Position numbers and translations under genes: made by a program. DNA of 63,679 nucleotides, filler included, from an uncultured bacterium (GTDB taxonomy: Bacteria > CAYUVA01), in assembly GCA_964448115.1 (NCBI GenBank). It is 3 parts of 3 records of this genome, joined end to end, with 100 filler letters (N's around TTAATTAATTAA, not from the genome) between each part and the next. Parts side by side here need not be neighbours in the genome. Positions count along the whole stretch, not along the records: positions 1 to 27,066 come from CAYUVA010000053.1; 2 more parts are not named here. One strand, given 5' to 3'. The notes below the pieces were generated by a model that worked only from the letters and a program-made list of their open reading frames with translations, had not been told where the DNA came from and searched no databases. Every line of letters starts with the position of its first letter. The stretch's first letter is position 1. Positions 11,564 to 22,132 of the stretch are shown one piece after another.

Positions 11564-12523
11564 ATGAACCGAGTTATTCTCTTCACTTTAATTTTGATTT
11601 CTATATCCATTTCACGAGCTATGGCTGCTGAAGAGGTAGCTCATCCCCCGCCACTTTATGACCTTTGCTTGGCTTATGACGAGCAGTTGGACGAGGTTAT
11701 TCTAGTTGGCGGTATAATCCGCCGCAACCGGGTGAATATGGATAGCTACAAGTACACCGGCACCCGTTGGCTCAAGCTACCACGAAGCCAAACCACAGAG
11801 TTTCTCTGGGGACATAGAATGTGCTACTTCCCCTCATTGCTTGGTATCGTCCTCTTCGGGGGCAGCGGCATCGTATTTAACGGCAACACGCACCTTTATG
11901 ATGGTTACAACTTCAGTACGCTTGCGTTATCTGATCAGCCTCCTCCCCGAGTCGGTTGCGGTCTATGCTATGATACACACAGAGATCGACTGGTGCTTTA
12001 CGGCGGATTCGATGGAGAGTTCAGGGATGATACCTGGGAGCTGGATGGCAAAACCTGGCAGCCCATTGAAACCGAGTACTCACCCTCCCCCAGGTCCGAC
12101 TTCGCCATGGCTTATCACGCAGAGCTGAATATCATCTTATTATTCGGCGGAAATGCAGGGAATTGGATGTTTTATGGAGATACCTGGGAATACGAGGGAC
12201 ATTCCTGGCATAAGAGAGTTACATTCCCGGCTCCATCACCAAGGGCAATGGGTAGCATGGTCTATTTCCCGCCTAAAAAGTCGCTGGTACTATTTGGCGG
12301 CATGACAAAAAAAGGATGCTATTCAAACGAGACATGGCTTTACCATAATAGGCGATGGTTAAGGATGGAAACACAAACGAAACCTTCACCTAGAGCTTTA
12401 TTTGGTATGACCTACGATTCTAAGAGGAAACGAATTCTACTTTACGGTGGATATTATGGATATGACCGAAAGTATGATGACCTCTGGCAGTTTACCGAGA
12501 CCGGCTGGAGTCGAGTTCAATAA
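11564..12523 (+). CDS. Secreted Kelch-repeat beta-propeller protein
   Basis: Signal peptide from ATG 11564, then about six 'PSPR...MAYD....LFGG...DTW.Y.G..W' repeats. Confidence 0.85.
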   Translation: MNRVILFTLILISISISRAMAAEEVAHPPPLYDLCLAYDEQLDEVILVGGIIRRNRVNMDSYKYTGTRWLKLPRSQTTEFLWGHRMCYFPSLLGIVLFGGSGIVFNGNTHLYDGYNFSTLALSDQPPPRVGCGLCYDTHRDRLVLYGGFDGEFRDDTWELDGKTWQPIETEYSPSPRSDFAMAYHAELNIILLFGGNAGNWMFYGDTWEYEGHSWHKRVTFPAPSPRAMGSMVYFPPKKSLVLFGGMTKKGCYSNETWLYHNRRWLRMETQTKPSPRALFGMTYDSKRKRILLYGGYYGYDRKYDDLWQFTETGWSRVQ

Positions 12524-12545
12524 GATCTCCATCTTGTTATAATCT

Positions 12546-13976
12546 CTACCTTTGTCTCAAACTAGCCTCACCGTCTTTGCACAACATCACAAGGCAGCCC
12601 AGCACAATCCAGTACCACTCCGAAACTGCGGAGTACCCAAAATACGGCGCCGTAATACCTGCTACTATAAAAGCCAGGGTGCTAAGCATTATACCTAAGC
12701 ATAGTCGCCTTTGGAGAAGCCCGGCGCTCGGTGATCGGTATCTCGAACACGCATGGCACAATATACAAGCCATAAACACAAGGTATCCAATTAAACGAAG
12801 CCATCCACCTTGAAGCAATAGGCTGAAGTACTGCGATTCCTCTATCCTATAAGCTCTCTCCCTTTGAGCACGAAAGCCAACACCAAACATTGGATGTTCA
12901 TAGATAGCAGGCGCCAACTCTTCCCGCCAGATCTCAAGCCTGGTCGCAAGCGTTCTCGGAACAAGGCTATCCTGGCTGAACTGAAAACTGAGCCTCTGTT
13001 CTATCGGCTCATGAAATATAATCGAAAGGACTAATACAGAGCCTAAAAAAAGCAATAAAATCCTGAATCTACCATCGATCAACACCATTATTAGCATCGC
13101 TAGGCAAAAGACAATTATGCTGCTGAAAGACCCAGACAAAAACAAGGTTATAAGCAAACATGAGCCGACAATATACCAGCCGATTCCTAGAACGCTCCTT
13201 CCACGGCGACCGATGAGCAGGCATAGCAAGAATATCAAGTTCATCGCCATGAACATGCCCAGCGGATTCCATGCACCAGCAAATATGGAGGTAACCCTGC
13301 CGGTGCCCTCGAAGTTGGAGCCAAAGACCACTGTCCGCCAGGTTACCGGGTCGTCTGGATAGTAGCTTTTAATAAATTCCCTGACACCAAGGATATCCGC
13401 TGCCTGAAATATTCCTAGAAGGCTTACTACAAATGCACTGACAAACATGACCTTGAGTAAACGCAGGACATGCTCCTGCCTGGAGATGAGCATCAGGGTA
13501 AGGCGATAGAGGATGTAATATTGCATCGGTGCGAAGGCTGTCTTTACATCGGCGAAGGCAGGCTCGCTTCCCCTTGCGAGATGAAATAAAAAAGCGGGAA
13601 TGAAGCTGAACAGATAAAAAAGCATGATTAGATCGATCTTGTTGACCTGGAACCGATTATTGGATACCAAGAGATAGGTAAGCGCCAGGAATAAAAAAGC
13701 TAGTAGGATCGCCTCATTCGGCTTTAGATGGGGTAAAACACTACCCCGAGCCATATATGATGTGAATGGTATCAAAAATACAACCACCATAAAAGCAGAT
13801 CTAATATACCTTAGAGCTATGGCGCCAAAGATAATACCAAGCCATATAATTAAGATTAAAAAACTCTTGCTTTGGGCTATGAATAGCGAGGTTAAAGCAA
13901 TAGCAGCGCAACCGAAGATTACCGCATAATATTGATGCGCTCGTTTAGGTCTTAGTGATTCAACATCCATAAACAC
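12546..13976 (-). CDS. O-antigen ligase/polymerase (Wzy_C family) membrane protein
   Basis: About 12 TM helices, 'R.TS.F...N', 'SGS', 'RLEIW...HPMFGVG', 'SQYFSLLLQGG'. Confidence 0.8.
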   Translation of the reverse strand: MFMDVESLRPKRAHQYYAVIFGCAAIALTSLFIAQSKSFLILIIWLGIIFGAIALRYIRSAFMVVVFLIPFTSYMARGSVLPHLKPNEAILLAFLFLALTYLLVSNNRFQVNKIDLIMLFYLFSFIPAFLFHLARGSEPAFADVKTAFAPMQYYILYRLTLMLISRQEHVLRLLKVMFVSAFVVSLLGIFQAADILGVREFIKSYYPDDPVTWRTVVFGSNFEGTGRVTSIFAGAWNPLGMFMAMNLIFLLCLLIGRRGRSVLGIGWYIVGSCLLITLFLSGSFSSIIVFCLAMLIMVLIDGRFRILLLFLGSVLVLSIIFHEPIEQRLSFQFSQDSLVPRTLATRLEIWREELAPAIYEHPMFGVGFRAQRERAYRIEESQYFSLLLQGGWLRLIGYLVFMACILCHACSRYRSPSAGLLQRRLCLGIMLSTLAFIVAGITAPYFGYSAVSEWYWIVLGCLVMLCKDGEASLRQR

Positions 13977-14192
13977 TCACCTGATTATAATCGCTGTTTA
14001 TCGTAATGACAAAGAGGCTGGATTGACCTTATGATAACTTATTAAAAGGTCGCAGGGGGGATTTTCTGTGGTTTCTTTGAAAAGATATTGATGATTTTGG
14101 GCATTGCAATTTGATTTTATGTATAATATAGTTGGAAATAGGAAAAGGTATGGAATAAGAAATTATGTCTTAAATCATAAGGAGTACTTGCC

Positions 14193-17100
14193 ATGATGAA
14201 GAGAGGGATAATCTTATGCCTGTTAAGCATGCTAGTGTTTACGGGGCATATCAGCGTTTCTCATGCAAGCATTGATGGCTCTACGGTTACACCGGATCAG
14301 ACCGAGCTTTTACCCGGCACAGTGGATATCCAGTTCCTGGTCTGGAACAACTCCAACGATGCGGAGTGGATGAACCTGGTCGAGTTTACCTTTCCGGCAG
14401 GCTGGGTTATCAACAGCATGAGTGATGCAGCGGGTCCAAACGATAATGGTCCCCACAACTGGACAACCAGCGGGGTTGGTACTAATGTGGCAACCTGGCT
14501 TGATGCCGATGGAGGCTACGGAGAGATGTACAGTCAGTCGGATCACTACTTCAATGTGAACATCTCCATCCCCAGCGGGGGACCGGCGATCATGAACTGG
14601 CACCTTGAGGGGGATACCTGGGGAAGCCCACCACACACGCTCGATGGCACTGTGGACTTCATTGTGCTGGGAGAGAATGTTTTCCTTATACCGCCGGTAA
14701 AAAATTACCAGGTTTGTGTTGGGAGCGACATCAATCATACATACACGCTGCTTAACATGACCGGAGGCACCTATACTTTCGACCTGGACTACTATTCCGC
14801 CTGGTCGGTTACAGGTCCATCGAGCGTCGGACCGGTGCCGGATAACAATACGACTCAGTTCAATATCCAGATAAATGTACCCTCTGAGGGAAGCGAATCG
14901 GTGCTTGTCTCGGTCAAGAACCAGACCAAGTACGATTTTAACAGCACTGCCATCATTAATATCACCGGTTACACCAAGACCTGGGAGCAGATCACTGACA
15001 TACCGAATCCTCGCCTCGATCTTGTAGTTGTGGCTTACGGAGACTATCTGTATGCACTCAGCGGTTATCACGGCGCAACTGGTGATGTGCTTGCGGTTGA
15101 CCGCTTCGATCCTTCCAGTGGAACCTGGACTACGTTGTCATCCTCGCCGGTTGCCGTATCCTGGGGGGGAGATGGAGCTGTAATCGGCGATGTAGTCTAT
15201 ATTCCAGGAGACAATGTTAATCGGACATTGGTCATGTACGACATCGGCGATGACACCTGGACTACCGAGGATATGAGCGGCTCGATAGTCCCCTCTAATT
15301 GGGGGTACGAAGTGGTCGCTTACGACGGAGATCTCTACCTTATCGGTGGACAGGACGATGCTGGCAACAATCTTGACACCCTGTATCGCTATAGCCCGAC
15401 CAAGGGCACCTGGACGCATCTTGCCACCATGAATGCACCGAGACGGCTCTTCAATTCCTGGGTTTACGATGACAAGATCTGGGTAGCAGGTGGTATCTCC
15501 ACCGGCGGAGCCTATGTGCATACCACAGAGGTTTACGATATCGCAGCCGATGAATGGACTATGGATTACGATCAGTTCGCCTTTTTGCCCTACCAGTGGT
15601 GGGGTGGTGCAGATGCGGTACTCGATGGCGAACTCTGGCTCAGCGGAGGATATATAAATGGCGCAGCCAGCGAGCTAACCATCGTTTATACTCCCGAAAC
15701 CAATAGCTGGCGCAAGATCCAGGATTCCGGCTTCGTTACCTTCAGACACGAGGCGGATGTATTGGATGGCGTTTTCTATTCCATAAGCGGATTCGTGCCC
15801 GGCAGTTGGTTCTACGGCAATCCGGACTGCTATCGCTATGTCGAGTGCTATGCGGGACCGGAGCCGACACCGACCCCTACTCCGATCGATGAGCGCGTAT
15901 TTCAACATGGCAAGGCGGGCTATCTGGGCGTTACCGACAACCATATCTTGTCCGCCTATGCGAGTAATAATGCCGGCGCAGAGGATTCCCTGGTGGTTGG
16001 CGGAACCGGTTATATTGCAGACGACAGCCGCATCCTGATCCGCTTCGAGCTGCCGGAGATCTCCACCGAGGATGTCATGGTTGCCGATTATCTGGCAACC
16101 TCGCCGGTTACCGTTTCCGATGCTTATCTGAGCCTTTACTTCGAGGATCGCCTGACCTCACAGGACGGAGCCAAGGACATCGCAGTCTATGGAATGCTAC
16201 GAGAATGGGGCGAGGGCTACGGGATAGACACCATTGGCTATACGGGTAGAACTGCTGTCGAGGAGGAATCGAACTGGAATTACGCCAACTTTGATGAAAC
16301 GCCCTGGGAAGGACCCGGCACCGTGGCCCCCGAAGATTATCTCGATGTGATAGAGGATTTCGTAACCATCAATCCGACCGACCCGATCGGTCAATGGTAT
16401 AGCTGGGATGTAACCTACCCGGTCAACGAGTGGCTTGAGCATCCTGAGAACAACTTCGGTCTGCTGCTCAAGGATCCTGGGGTGAGCAAGGCGACCGGGG
16501 CTTTTCTGTTCGCCTCCAGCGAGAGCCTTAATCCTGATGTCAAGCCTATCCTCCACTTGTACTTAGGGACTCCACCGCCTACTCGCACAGCTACCAACAC
16601 GCCTACCATCACCCCCACTCCAACCAACACGCCAACCTTCACCAATACGCCAACAGCCACCAATACGCCGACAGCCACCAACACGCCAACCAGCTCTCCT
16701 ACCCCGACAGACACACCGACCTACACTAATACTCCCACAATTACCCCGACACCGACACATACCGGCACCGCGACACCGACACCGACTCCGGATCCGAACC
16801 GCACCATTCTTATGTGGATGTGCACCGACCCGGATGCTGGTGATATCTTGACATTCGATATCTACTACGAGGCTAACGATCCCACGCCGGATAACTTACT
16901 GGCAGGGGATCATCCAATTATGCATGTTGATCCTGGGGCTATGAGCTATGGAGTAACCTATTATTGGCAGGTCATAGCCAAGGATGACAAGGGCAACCAG
17001 ACCTCGGGACCGATCTGGCATTTCACGACCTCCGCCTTCCCACCGACCTTCACTCCCACCGTAACCCCGACAGCGACAGTGCGTCCATCCGCAACGCCGA

Positions 17101-17885
17101 TACCGAGCTATACACCGACCAGCACGCCGACTGCAACTGAAACACCAAACTTTGCACCTGTGATCCTGATTGCCGGTTATATGGATACCAGGATCACCAG
17201 CGCTTACGGAGGCAACCTGAGCATCCTGGCATTTACCTCTGATCCCGAGGGCGTGGGAGTCGATTCTGTCGAGCTTTATTACATGGGCATGCCCACCGGT
17301 GTCTTCTTGCCCAAGGTCGATGAGAACCTCTTCTGGTTCAACAGTATGGTTGACCCCGGCATAGCTCCAGATATGTTTACCATTGAGATGGTGGCAGAGG
17401 ATGGTGGCAGCAGCCGCAGCCTCTTCTGGCCCTACCTGACCAGCACGCTTAATCCGCCGACCGGGCAAGGATTGACTGCTGCAAGCAATGAAACTGGTGG
17501 CATGAAGCTGAAGATGGATAAGGACTATCTTGTTAAGAAACAAGGTCTGCTGAAGCAGTTGGTTACTAAGGTGAAGAGCCTGATTATACCGAATATGCTC
17601 AAGCTAAAAGGACCAAACCCTGATCTGCGGTTGAAGCGAGCTGGGTTAAACATTATCCCGGATTTCTCCAGCACGCGCATCAGCCAACCCTCCAAGACCA
17701 TGTATAAGGCGCAGGCACCTGCTGCGATGCAGCTCGATTGGGAGTCGAGTCTTGTCGCATCGGAGCTGATAACCATGAAATATACCGCTGTTGATACCGC
17801 CGGAGACTACAATGAGCCGCCTAATCCACCGAGCAATCCATCGCCAGCCAACGGCGCTACCGGGGTCTATCCGAACCCGGATTGA
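14193..17885 (+). CDS. Large secreted multidomain surface protein: Ig-like domains, Kelch propeller, DNRLRE-like domain, PT linkers, split Fn3-like domain, AGYMD...WPYL module
   Basis: AAGGAG RBS, signal peptide, Kelch GG repeats, 'SRILIRFEL...WDVT..V..W...NFGLLL...SSE..KP.L' DNRLRE pattern, (PT)n tracts. Confidence 0.85.
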   Translation: MMKRGIILCLLSMLVFTGHISVSHASIDGSTVTPDQTELLPGTVDIQFLVWNNSNDAEWMNLVEFTFPAGWVINSMSDAAGPNDNGPHNWTTSGVGTNVATWLDADGGYGEMYSQSDHYFNVNISIPSGGPAIMNWHLEGDTWGSPPHTLDGTVDFIVLGENVFLIPPVKNYQVCVGSDINHTYTLLNMTGGTYTFDLDYYSAWSVTGPSSVGPVPDNNTTQFNIQINVPSEGSESVLVSVKNQTKYDFNSTAIINITGYTKTWEQITDIPNPRLDLVVVAYGDYLYALSGYHGATGDVLAVDRFDPSSGTWTTLSSSPVAVSWGGDGAVIGDVVYIPGDNVNRTLVMYDIGDDTWTTEDMSGSIVPSNWGYEVVAYDGDLYLIGGQDDAGNNLDTLYRYSPTKGTWTHLATMNAPRRLFNSWVYDDKIWVAGGISTGGAYVHTTEVYDIAADEWTMDYDQFAFLPYQWWGGADAVLDGELWLSGGYINGAASELTIVYTPETNSWRKIQDSGFVTFRHEADVLDGVFYSISGFVPGSWFYGNPDCYRYVECYAGPEPTPTPTPIDERVFQHGKAGYLGVTDNHILSAYASNNAGAEDSLVVGGTGYIADDSRILIRFELPEISTEDVMVADYLATSPVTVSDAYLSLYFEDRLTSQDGAKDIAVYGMLREWGEGYGIDTIGYTGRTAVEEESNWNYANFDETPWEGPGTVAPEDYLDVIEDFVTINPTDPIGQWYSWDVTYPVNEWLEHPENNFGLLLKDPGVSKATGAFLFASSESLNPDVKPILHLYLGTPPPTRTATNTPTITPTPTNTPTFTNTPTATNTPTATNTPTSSPTPTDTPTYTNTPTITPTPTHTGTATPTPTPDPNRTILMWMCTDPDAGDILTFDIYYEANDPTPDNLLAGDHPIMHVDPGAMSYGVTYYWQVIAKDDKGNQTSGPIWHFTTSAFPPTFTPTVTPTATVRPSATPIPSYTPTSTPTATETPNFAPVILIAGYMDTRITSAYGGNLSILAFTSDPEGVGVDSVELYYMGMPTGVFLPKVDENLFWFNSMVDPGIAPDMFTIEMVAEDGGSSRSLFWPYLTSTLNPPTGQGLTAASNETGGMKLKMDKDYLVKKQGLLKQLVTKVKSLIIPNMLKLKGPNPDLRLKRAGLNIIPDFSSTRISQPSKTMYKAQAPAAMQLDWESSLVASELITMKYTAVDTAGDYNEPPNPPSNPSPANGATGVYPNPD
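16574..16790 (+). repeat. Low-complexity Pro/Thr linker, degenerate 18-bp (TNTPTA) repeats
   Basis: Repeated accaa(c/t)acgccaac units encoding TNTPTx. Confidence 0.85.
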
Positions 17886-17893
17886 TATGTTAA

Positions 17894-18267
17894 CAGTTGG
17901 CGGTTGGCAGTTAGGATAAATAACTGCAAGCATCAAAGATAAGTAAATGTTTTCTGAGCCACGGGTTTGAGCGAGCGGTACGAGAATGACCACTCCTTTC
18001 TCCCGACCAAGTCGGGATGGCTCGGTTAATTTAGGCTCTGATAGCGGTATCTGTAAATACCGTACTTGTGTAGGGGCGAATCCCTGTGTTCGCCCTTATC
18101 GGGGCAGACATACAGGCCTGCCCCTACTACAGTCTTTTCCTCTTACCTGTATGACGGTATCACTTCTTCCTTGTGCCTTGGTGGCTTGGTGGCTCAACGG
18201 CTCTCAACCATCATCACTCAAGCCTCAAGCCTATTATTGACCGCTCGCTCACGCTTATTGCTCGGAT
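17894..18267. repeat. Intergenic patchwork of REP-like palindromes and heptamer repeats
   Basis: C(A/G)GTT(G/A)G x3 at 17894; GAGCC..TGAGCGAGCGGT..ACCACTCC..GGCTCGG hairpin 17953-18025; GTAGGGGC..GCCCCTAC doublet 18070-18127; CTTGTGCCTTGGTGGCTTGGTGG at 18170; TCAAGCC x2 near 18219. Confidence 0.8.
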
Positions 18268-18336
18268 GTGGTGTGGCTTAGGGCTAGGATTTAATTAAAC
18301 ATTGACAAAATGCCCTATACATAGTCTTGTATATCC

Positions 18337-19749
18337 ATGGTCAAGGTATCGCGCATTGCTGGAAGCACCTTACTTATCCTATTGAGCGAGGGGATTGGCA
18401 AGCTGTTCAATCTGCTCGCTTTTTTTCTCATGGCGCGCTATCTCGGAGTCGAGGATATCGGCAAGTTCAGCCTGGTGGGAGCATACCTGTATTTCTTCGG
18501 AATGCTGGCTAATTCCGGGCTTGATATGATCGTTGTACGGGAGCTATCCAAGCCGGACAGGGATCAAGTAAGGGTCTTGGGAAATGGCGTGTTTCTGAAG
18601 ACAGTCTTCGCAACCGTGTCTTTGAGCCTTGCTGTTACCATATCATTTTTCATCGATTATGATCCCATGATTAGACTGTTTATCGTGCTCATGGGGATCG
18701 GTTTGCTGTTTTCCTCATTTACTTTGTTTTCTGGCATCTTCATGGTCAAGATGCGCATGGTGGCTCCTAGCATCATTCATATTAGTGCCCGATTGTTATA
18801 CCTCGGCTTGACGGTAGCCTTGATCCTGCTTGGCTTGCCGCTTTGGTCATTTATCGCCTTAAATGGACTGATCATAATCCCCGAGTTTATTGGCTTGTTA
18901 TCATGCAGCCGGGCGCTGGTGCCATTCAAGCTCTCCTTTGATCCTCAGCTATGGCGATATTTTATACTTGAGTCGATCCCCATCGGCATCAGCCTGCTTT
19001 TCATCAGCGTTTATACTCGCATAGATCAGCTTATGATAAAGGAATTCCTGAGCTTCAACGAGGTCGGCTTGTATAACGCTGCTGCTAGAGTGGTCGAGGT
19101 TCCCCGCATGATGCCGACCGCGCTGCTCGCCATACTATTTCCTGTATTTACCAGGCTACAGAAAGATAGCCTCAGCTTCAGGCGAGCATACCGAGAGAGC
19201 TTTCGATTTATGAACCTTTGTATATTACCGATTTGCTTCTTTGTTACCTATTTCAGCAGCGAGATCATTCGCATCGCCTATGGAAGCGAGTTTTTAGGCG
19301 CTAAGGGGAGTATGACCATCCTTATCTGGGCAGAGGTCTTCGTGTTTCTGGGCATGGTGAACAATCGGCTGCTCATCTCGATTTCAAGACAGAAGCTAGA
19401 CCTTTTTTTCACCGGCGTCTCAGCAGCGGTGAATGTGCTGCTCAACCTGGTATTGATACCGCGCTATCAGCTTGCTGGAGCCGCCATTGCCACACTTGTA
19501 TCCTACGCTTGTGGTCCCATAATGGGACTTTTTATTCCCCTAACCAGGGATTTCTCAAGGACGATGTTTGCAACCTCATGGCGAGTCCTGTTTGTCGGGT
19601 TGATCATATTCGTGCCGCTTAGATACCTTCAGTTGCCGGCATCTCTTTCATTCATTATTGCATTGTTCGCATACCCGGCTGGGCTTTATTTAGTCGGTGA
19701 GATCACACCTTCAAGGATAAAAGACCTGCTGGATACCTCAAGGACCTAA
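18337..19749 (+). CDS. Polysaccharide flippase (Wzx / MOP superfamily)
   Basis: 12-14 TM helices; 'ARYLG...G', 'YTRIDQLMI', 'VGLYNAA.R', 'LNLVLIPRY...GAAIAT'. Confidence 0.9.
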   Translation: MVKVSRIAGSTLLILLSEGIGKLFNLLAFFLMARYLGVEDIGKFSLVGAYLYFFGMLANSGLDMIVVRELSKPDRDQVRVLGNGVFLKTVFATVSLSLAVTISFFIDYDPMIRLFIVLMGIGLLFSSFTLFSGIFMVKMRMVAPSIIHISARLLYLGLTVALILLGLPLWSFIALNGLIIIPEFIGLLSCSRALVPFKLSFDPQLWRYFILESIPIGISLLFISVYTRIDQLMIKEFLSFNEVGLYNAAARVVEVPRMMPTALLAILFPVFTRLQKDSLSFRRAYRESFRFMNLCILPICFFVTYFSSEIIRIAYGSEFLGAKGSMTILIWAEVFVFLGMVNNRLLISISRQKLDLFFTGVSAAVNVLLNLVLIPRYQLAGAAIATLVSYACGPIMGLFIPLTRDFSRTMFATSWRVLFVGLIIFVPLRYLQLPASLSFIIALFAYPAGLYLVGEITPSRIKDLLDTSRT

Positions 19750-19871
19750 AGCAATTTATTCCTGCAAGCAGAATAGCCTCGACTGGGTTGGTTTCACATT
19801 CGACTCCAATGTGTATATAATTAACTAGTGGATGCGAATTAAAAACCAATAGATGAGGAGGTAATGATTTG

Positions 19872-21119
19872 ATGTTCGAGGAAATAAAAAGGATCGACCC
19901 GGAGCTATCAAGGGCGCTGGAGCAGGAGCTGGATAGACAGGAGTACGAGGTCAACCTGATCGCCTCGGAGAACTACGCCAGCAAGGCAGTCCTCGATGCT
20001 CAAGGGTGCCTGATGACCAACAAGTACGCCGAGGGCTATCCGGGTAAGCGATACTATGGAGGGTGCCAGTTTGTCGATATAGCCGAGGACCTGGCTAGGG
20101 AGCGTGCAAAAGCGCTGTTCGGGGCTGATCATGTGAATGTGCAGCCCCACTCCGGCACCCAGGCGAACATGGCGGTCTATTACGCGGTGCTTGAGCACGG
20201 GGACACCATTCTTTCGATGAACCTTGCTCATGGCGGACACCTATCGCATGGGCATTTTGTAAACTTCTCCGGTCAACAGTTCAACATAGTCTCCTACAAT
20301 GTAAATGAGACCGATCACCTGATCGACTACGATATGGTGCTTGCTCAAGCCAAGAAGCACAAGCCGAGGCTGATTCTCTGCGGTGCTAGTGCTTACCCTC
20401 GCTTTATCGATTTTAAGCGCTTCAGGGAGATAGCGGACGAGGTAGGCGCTATGCTTATGGCAGATATTGCCCACATCGCCGGGCTGGTAGCAGCCAGGTT
20501 ACATCCAGATCCGATCCCCTATTGTGATTTTGTAACCACAACTACCCATAAAACCCTGCGCGGTCCGCGCGGTGGAATGGTATTCTGCAAGGCTATTAAC
20601 GACTACCCCAAGAAACTGGATAAGACGGTCATGCCCGGCATACAGGGAGGACCGCTCATGCATGTCATTGCAGCCAAGGCTGTTGCGCTGAAGGAGGCTA
20701 TGACCGAGCAGTTCAAGAAGGATCAACAACAGACTATCACAAATGCCAAGAAGATCGCTGAAATGCTCATGCAACGAGGCTACAAGGTGCTCACCGGCGG
20801 CACTGATAATCACCTCCTACTGGTCGATCTGCGCAACAAGAAGATTAGCGGCAGGGATGCGGAGACCGTGCTCGGCAAGGCGGGGATAAACCTGAACCGT
20901 AACCTGATCCCGTATGATCCAGAAAAACCGCTCATAACCAGCGGCATCCGCATCGGCACTCCCTGCGTTACTACCAGGGGAATGAAAGAAGAGGAAATGG
21001 TGCAGATCGCTGATTTGATTGATCGCGCTATCTCCAACCGGGACGATGATGAGATCCTGGCTCGCATCAAGGCGGAAGTAAAAGACCTGTGTTCAAGGTT
21101 CCCCATGTATGTAAGATGA
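19872..21119 (+). CDS. glyA: Serine hydroxymethyltransferase
   Basis: [66 protein letters not shown]. Confidence 0.99.
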   Translation: MFEEIKRIDPELSRALEQELDRQEYEVNLIASENYASKAVLDAQGCLMTNKYAEGYPGKRYYGGCQFVDIAEDLARERAKALFGADHVNVQPHSGTQANMAVYYAVLEHGDTILSMNLAHGGHLSHGHFVNFSGQQFNIVSYNVNETDHLIDYDMVLAQAKKHKPRLILCGASAYPRFIDFKRFREIADEVGAMLMADIAHIAGLVAARLHPDPIPYCDFVTTTTHKTLRGPRGGMVFCKAINDYPKKLDKTVMPGIQGGPLMHVIAAKAVALKEAMTEQFKKDQQQTITNAKKIAEMLMQRGYKVLTGGTDNHLLLVDLRNKKISGRDAETVLGKAGINLNRNLIPYDPEKPLITSGIRIGTPCVTTRGMKEEEMVQIADLIDRAISNRDDDEILARIKAEVKDLCSRFPMYVR

Positions 21120-22132
21120 AGTCGAAGAATAAAGACAGCTTCTGGGGGGGAAGACGAGCCTTCATCACCGGCGCCACCGGCTTTTTAGGCTCGTGCCTAG
21201 CTAGGCGACTATGTTCGCTCGGCGCAGAGGTTACAGTGCTAATCAGAGATCGGGTCCCTTTATCGAATTTCTATCTTCAAGGCTTACATAGGCTAACCGA
21301 CCAGGTCATGGGAAGCCTGGAGGATTACGAACTAATAAAGCGAGCAATCAGTGATTATAGATGCGAGGTAGTATTCCATCTCGGCGCACAGACTATCGTA
21401 TCCACTGCCTACAATGATCCCATAAGCACCTTCAAGAGCAATATCCAGGGAACCTGGAATATGCTTGAAGCTGTGCGCCACCTCAACTCGGTAAAGGCGC
21501 TGGTGGTGGCTTCGAGCGATAAGGCTTATGGCGAGCAGCTCGTGCTTCCCACAGATGAATCGAAGCCGCTATCAGGCAGCTTCACCTACGATGTCTCCAA
21601 GTCGTGCCAGGACATGCTAAGCACAGCTTTTCATCGTACTTACGCGCTGCCGGTAGCGATCACCCGGTGCGCCAACCTTTATGGTGGCGGAGATCTCAAC
21701 TTCAATCGCCTGATACCAGAGACGATAGCAGCCTGCATAAAAGGTCAGATCCCGATAATTCGTTCAGACGGCTCGTATCTGAGAGAGTACCTGTATATAG
21801 AAGATGCGATCGATGGCTACCTGGCTCTGGGCGAGGCTGTATGGCATGGCAAACACCACGGAGAAGCATTCAACATGGGTGTCGGGGAGCCTCACTCGGT
21901 GCGCCAGGTGGTCGAAAAGATAATGAAGCTCACCAACCGCAAGGGAAGCGCGGAGATACTTAACCAGGCAACAACCGAGATAAAAAGGCAGCACCTCGAT
22001 TCCACCAAGGCTAAGAGGCTGCTGGATTGGAGCGCCAAGACCGACCTGGAGAGCGGACTCAGGGCAACCGTGGAGTGGTACAGATGGTTCTTTGAGCTTA
22101 CCGAACAAAGGAAAAGGGAACTATGTCAATAG
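21116..22132 (+). CDS. NAD-dependent sugar epimerase/dehydratase (CDP-glucose 4,6-dehydratase-like)
   Basis: [15 protein letters not shown], YxxSK; ATG 21116 overlaps the glyA stop. Confidence 0.85.
   Translation: MKSKNKDSFWGGRRAFITGATGFLGSCLARRLCSLGAEVTVLIRDRVPLSNFYLQGLHRLTDQVMGSLEDYELIKRAISDYRCEVVFHLGAQTIVSTAYNDPISTFKSNIQGTWNMLEAVRHLNSVKALVVASSDKAYGEQLVLPTDESKPLSGSFTYDVSKSCQDMLSTAFHRTYALPVAITRCANLYGGGDLNFNRLIPETIAACIKGQIPIIRSDGSYLREYLYIEDAIDGYLALGEAVWHGKHHGEAFNMGVGEPHSVRQVVEKIMKLTNRKGSAEILNQATTEIKRQHLDSTKAKRLLDWSAKTDLESGLRATVEWYRWFFELTEQRKRELCQ

Noticed and set aside
17986-18281. Short ORFs (84 aa and 71 aa) between the surface protein and the flippase
   Set aside because: They are translations of REP palindromes (e.g. 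VGANPCVRP...GLPL) with no coding signal
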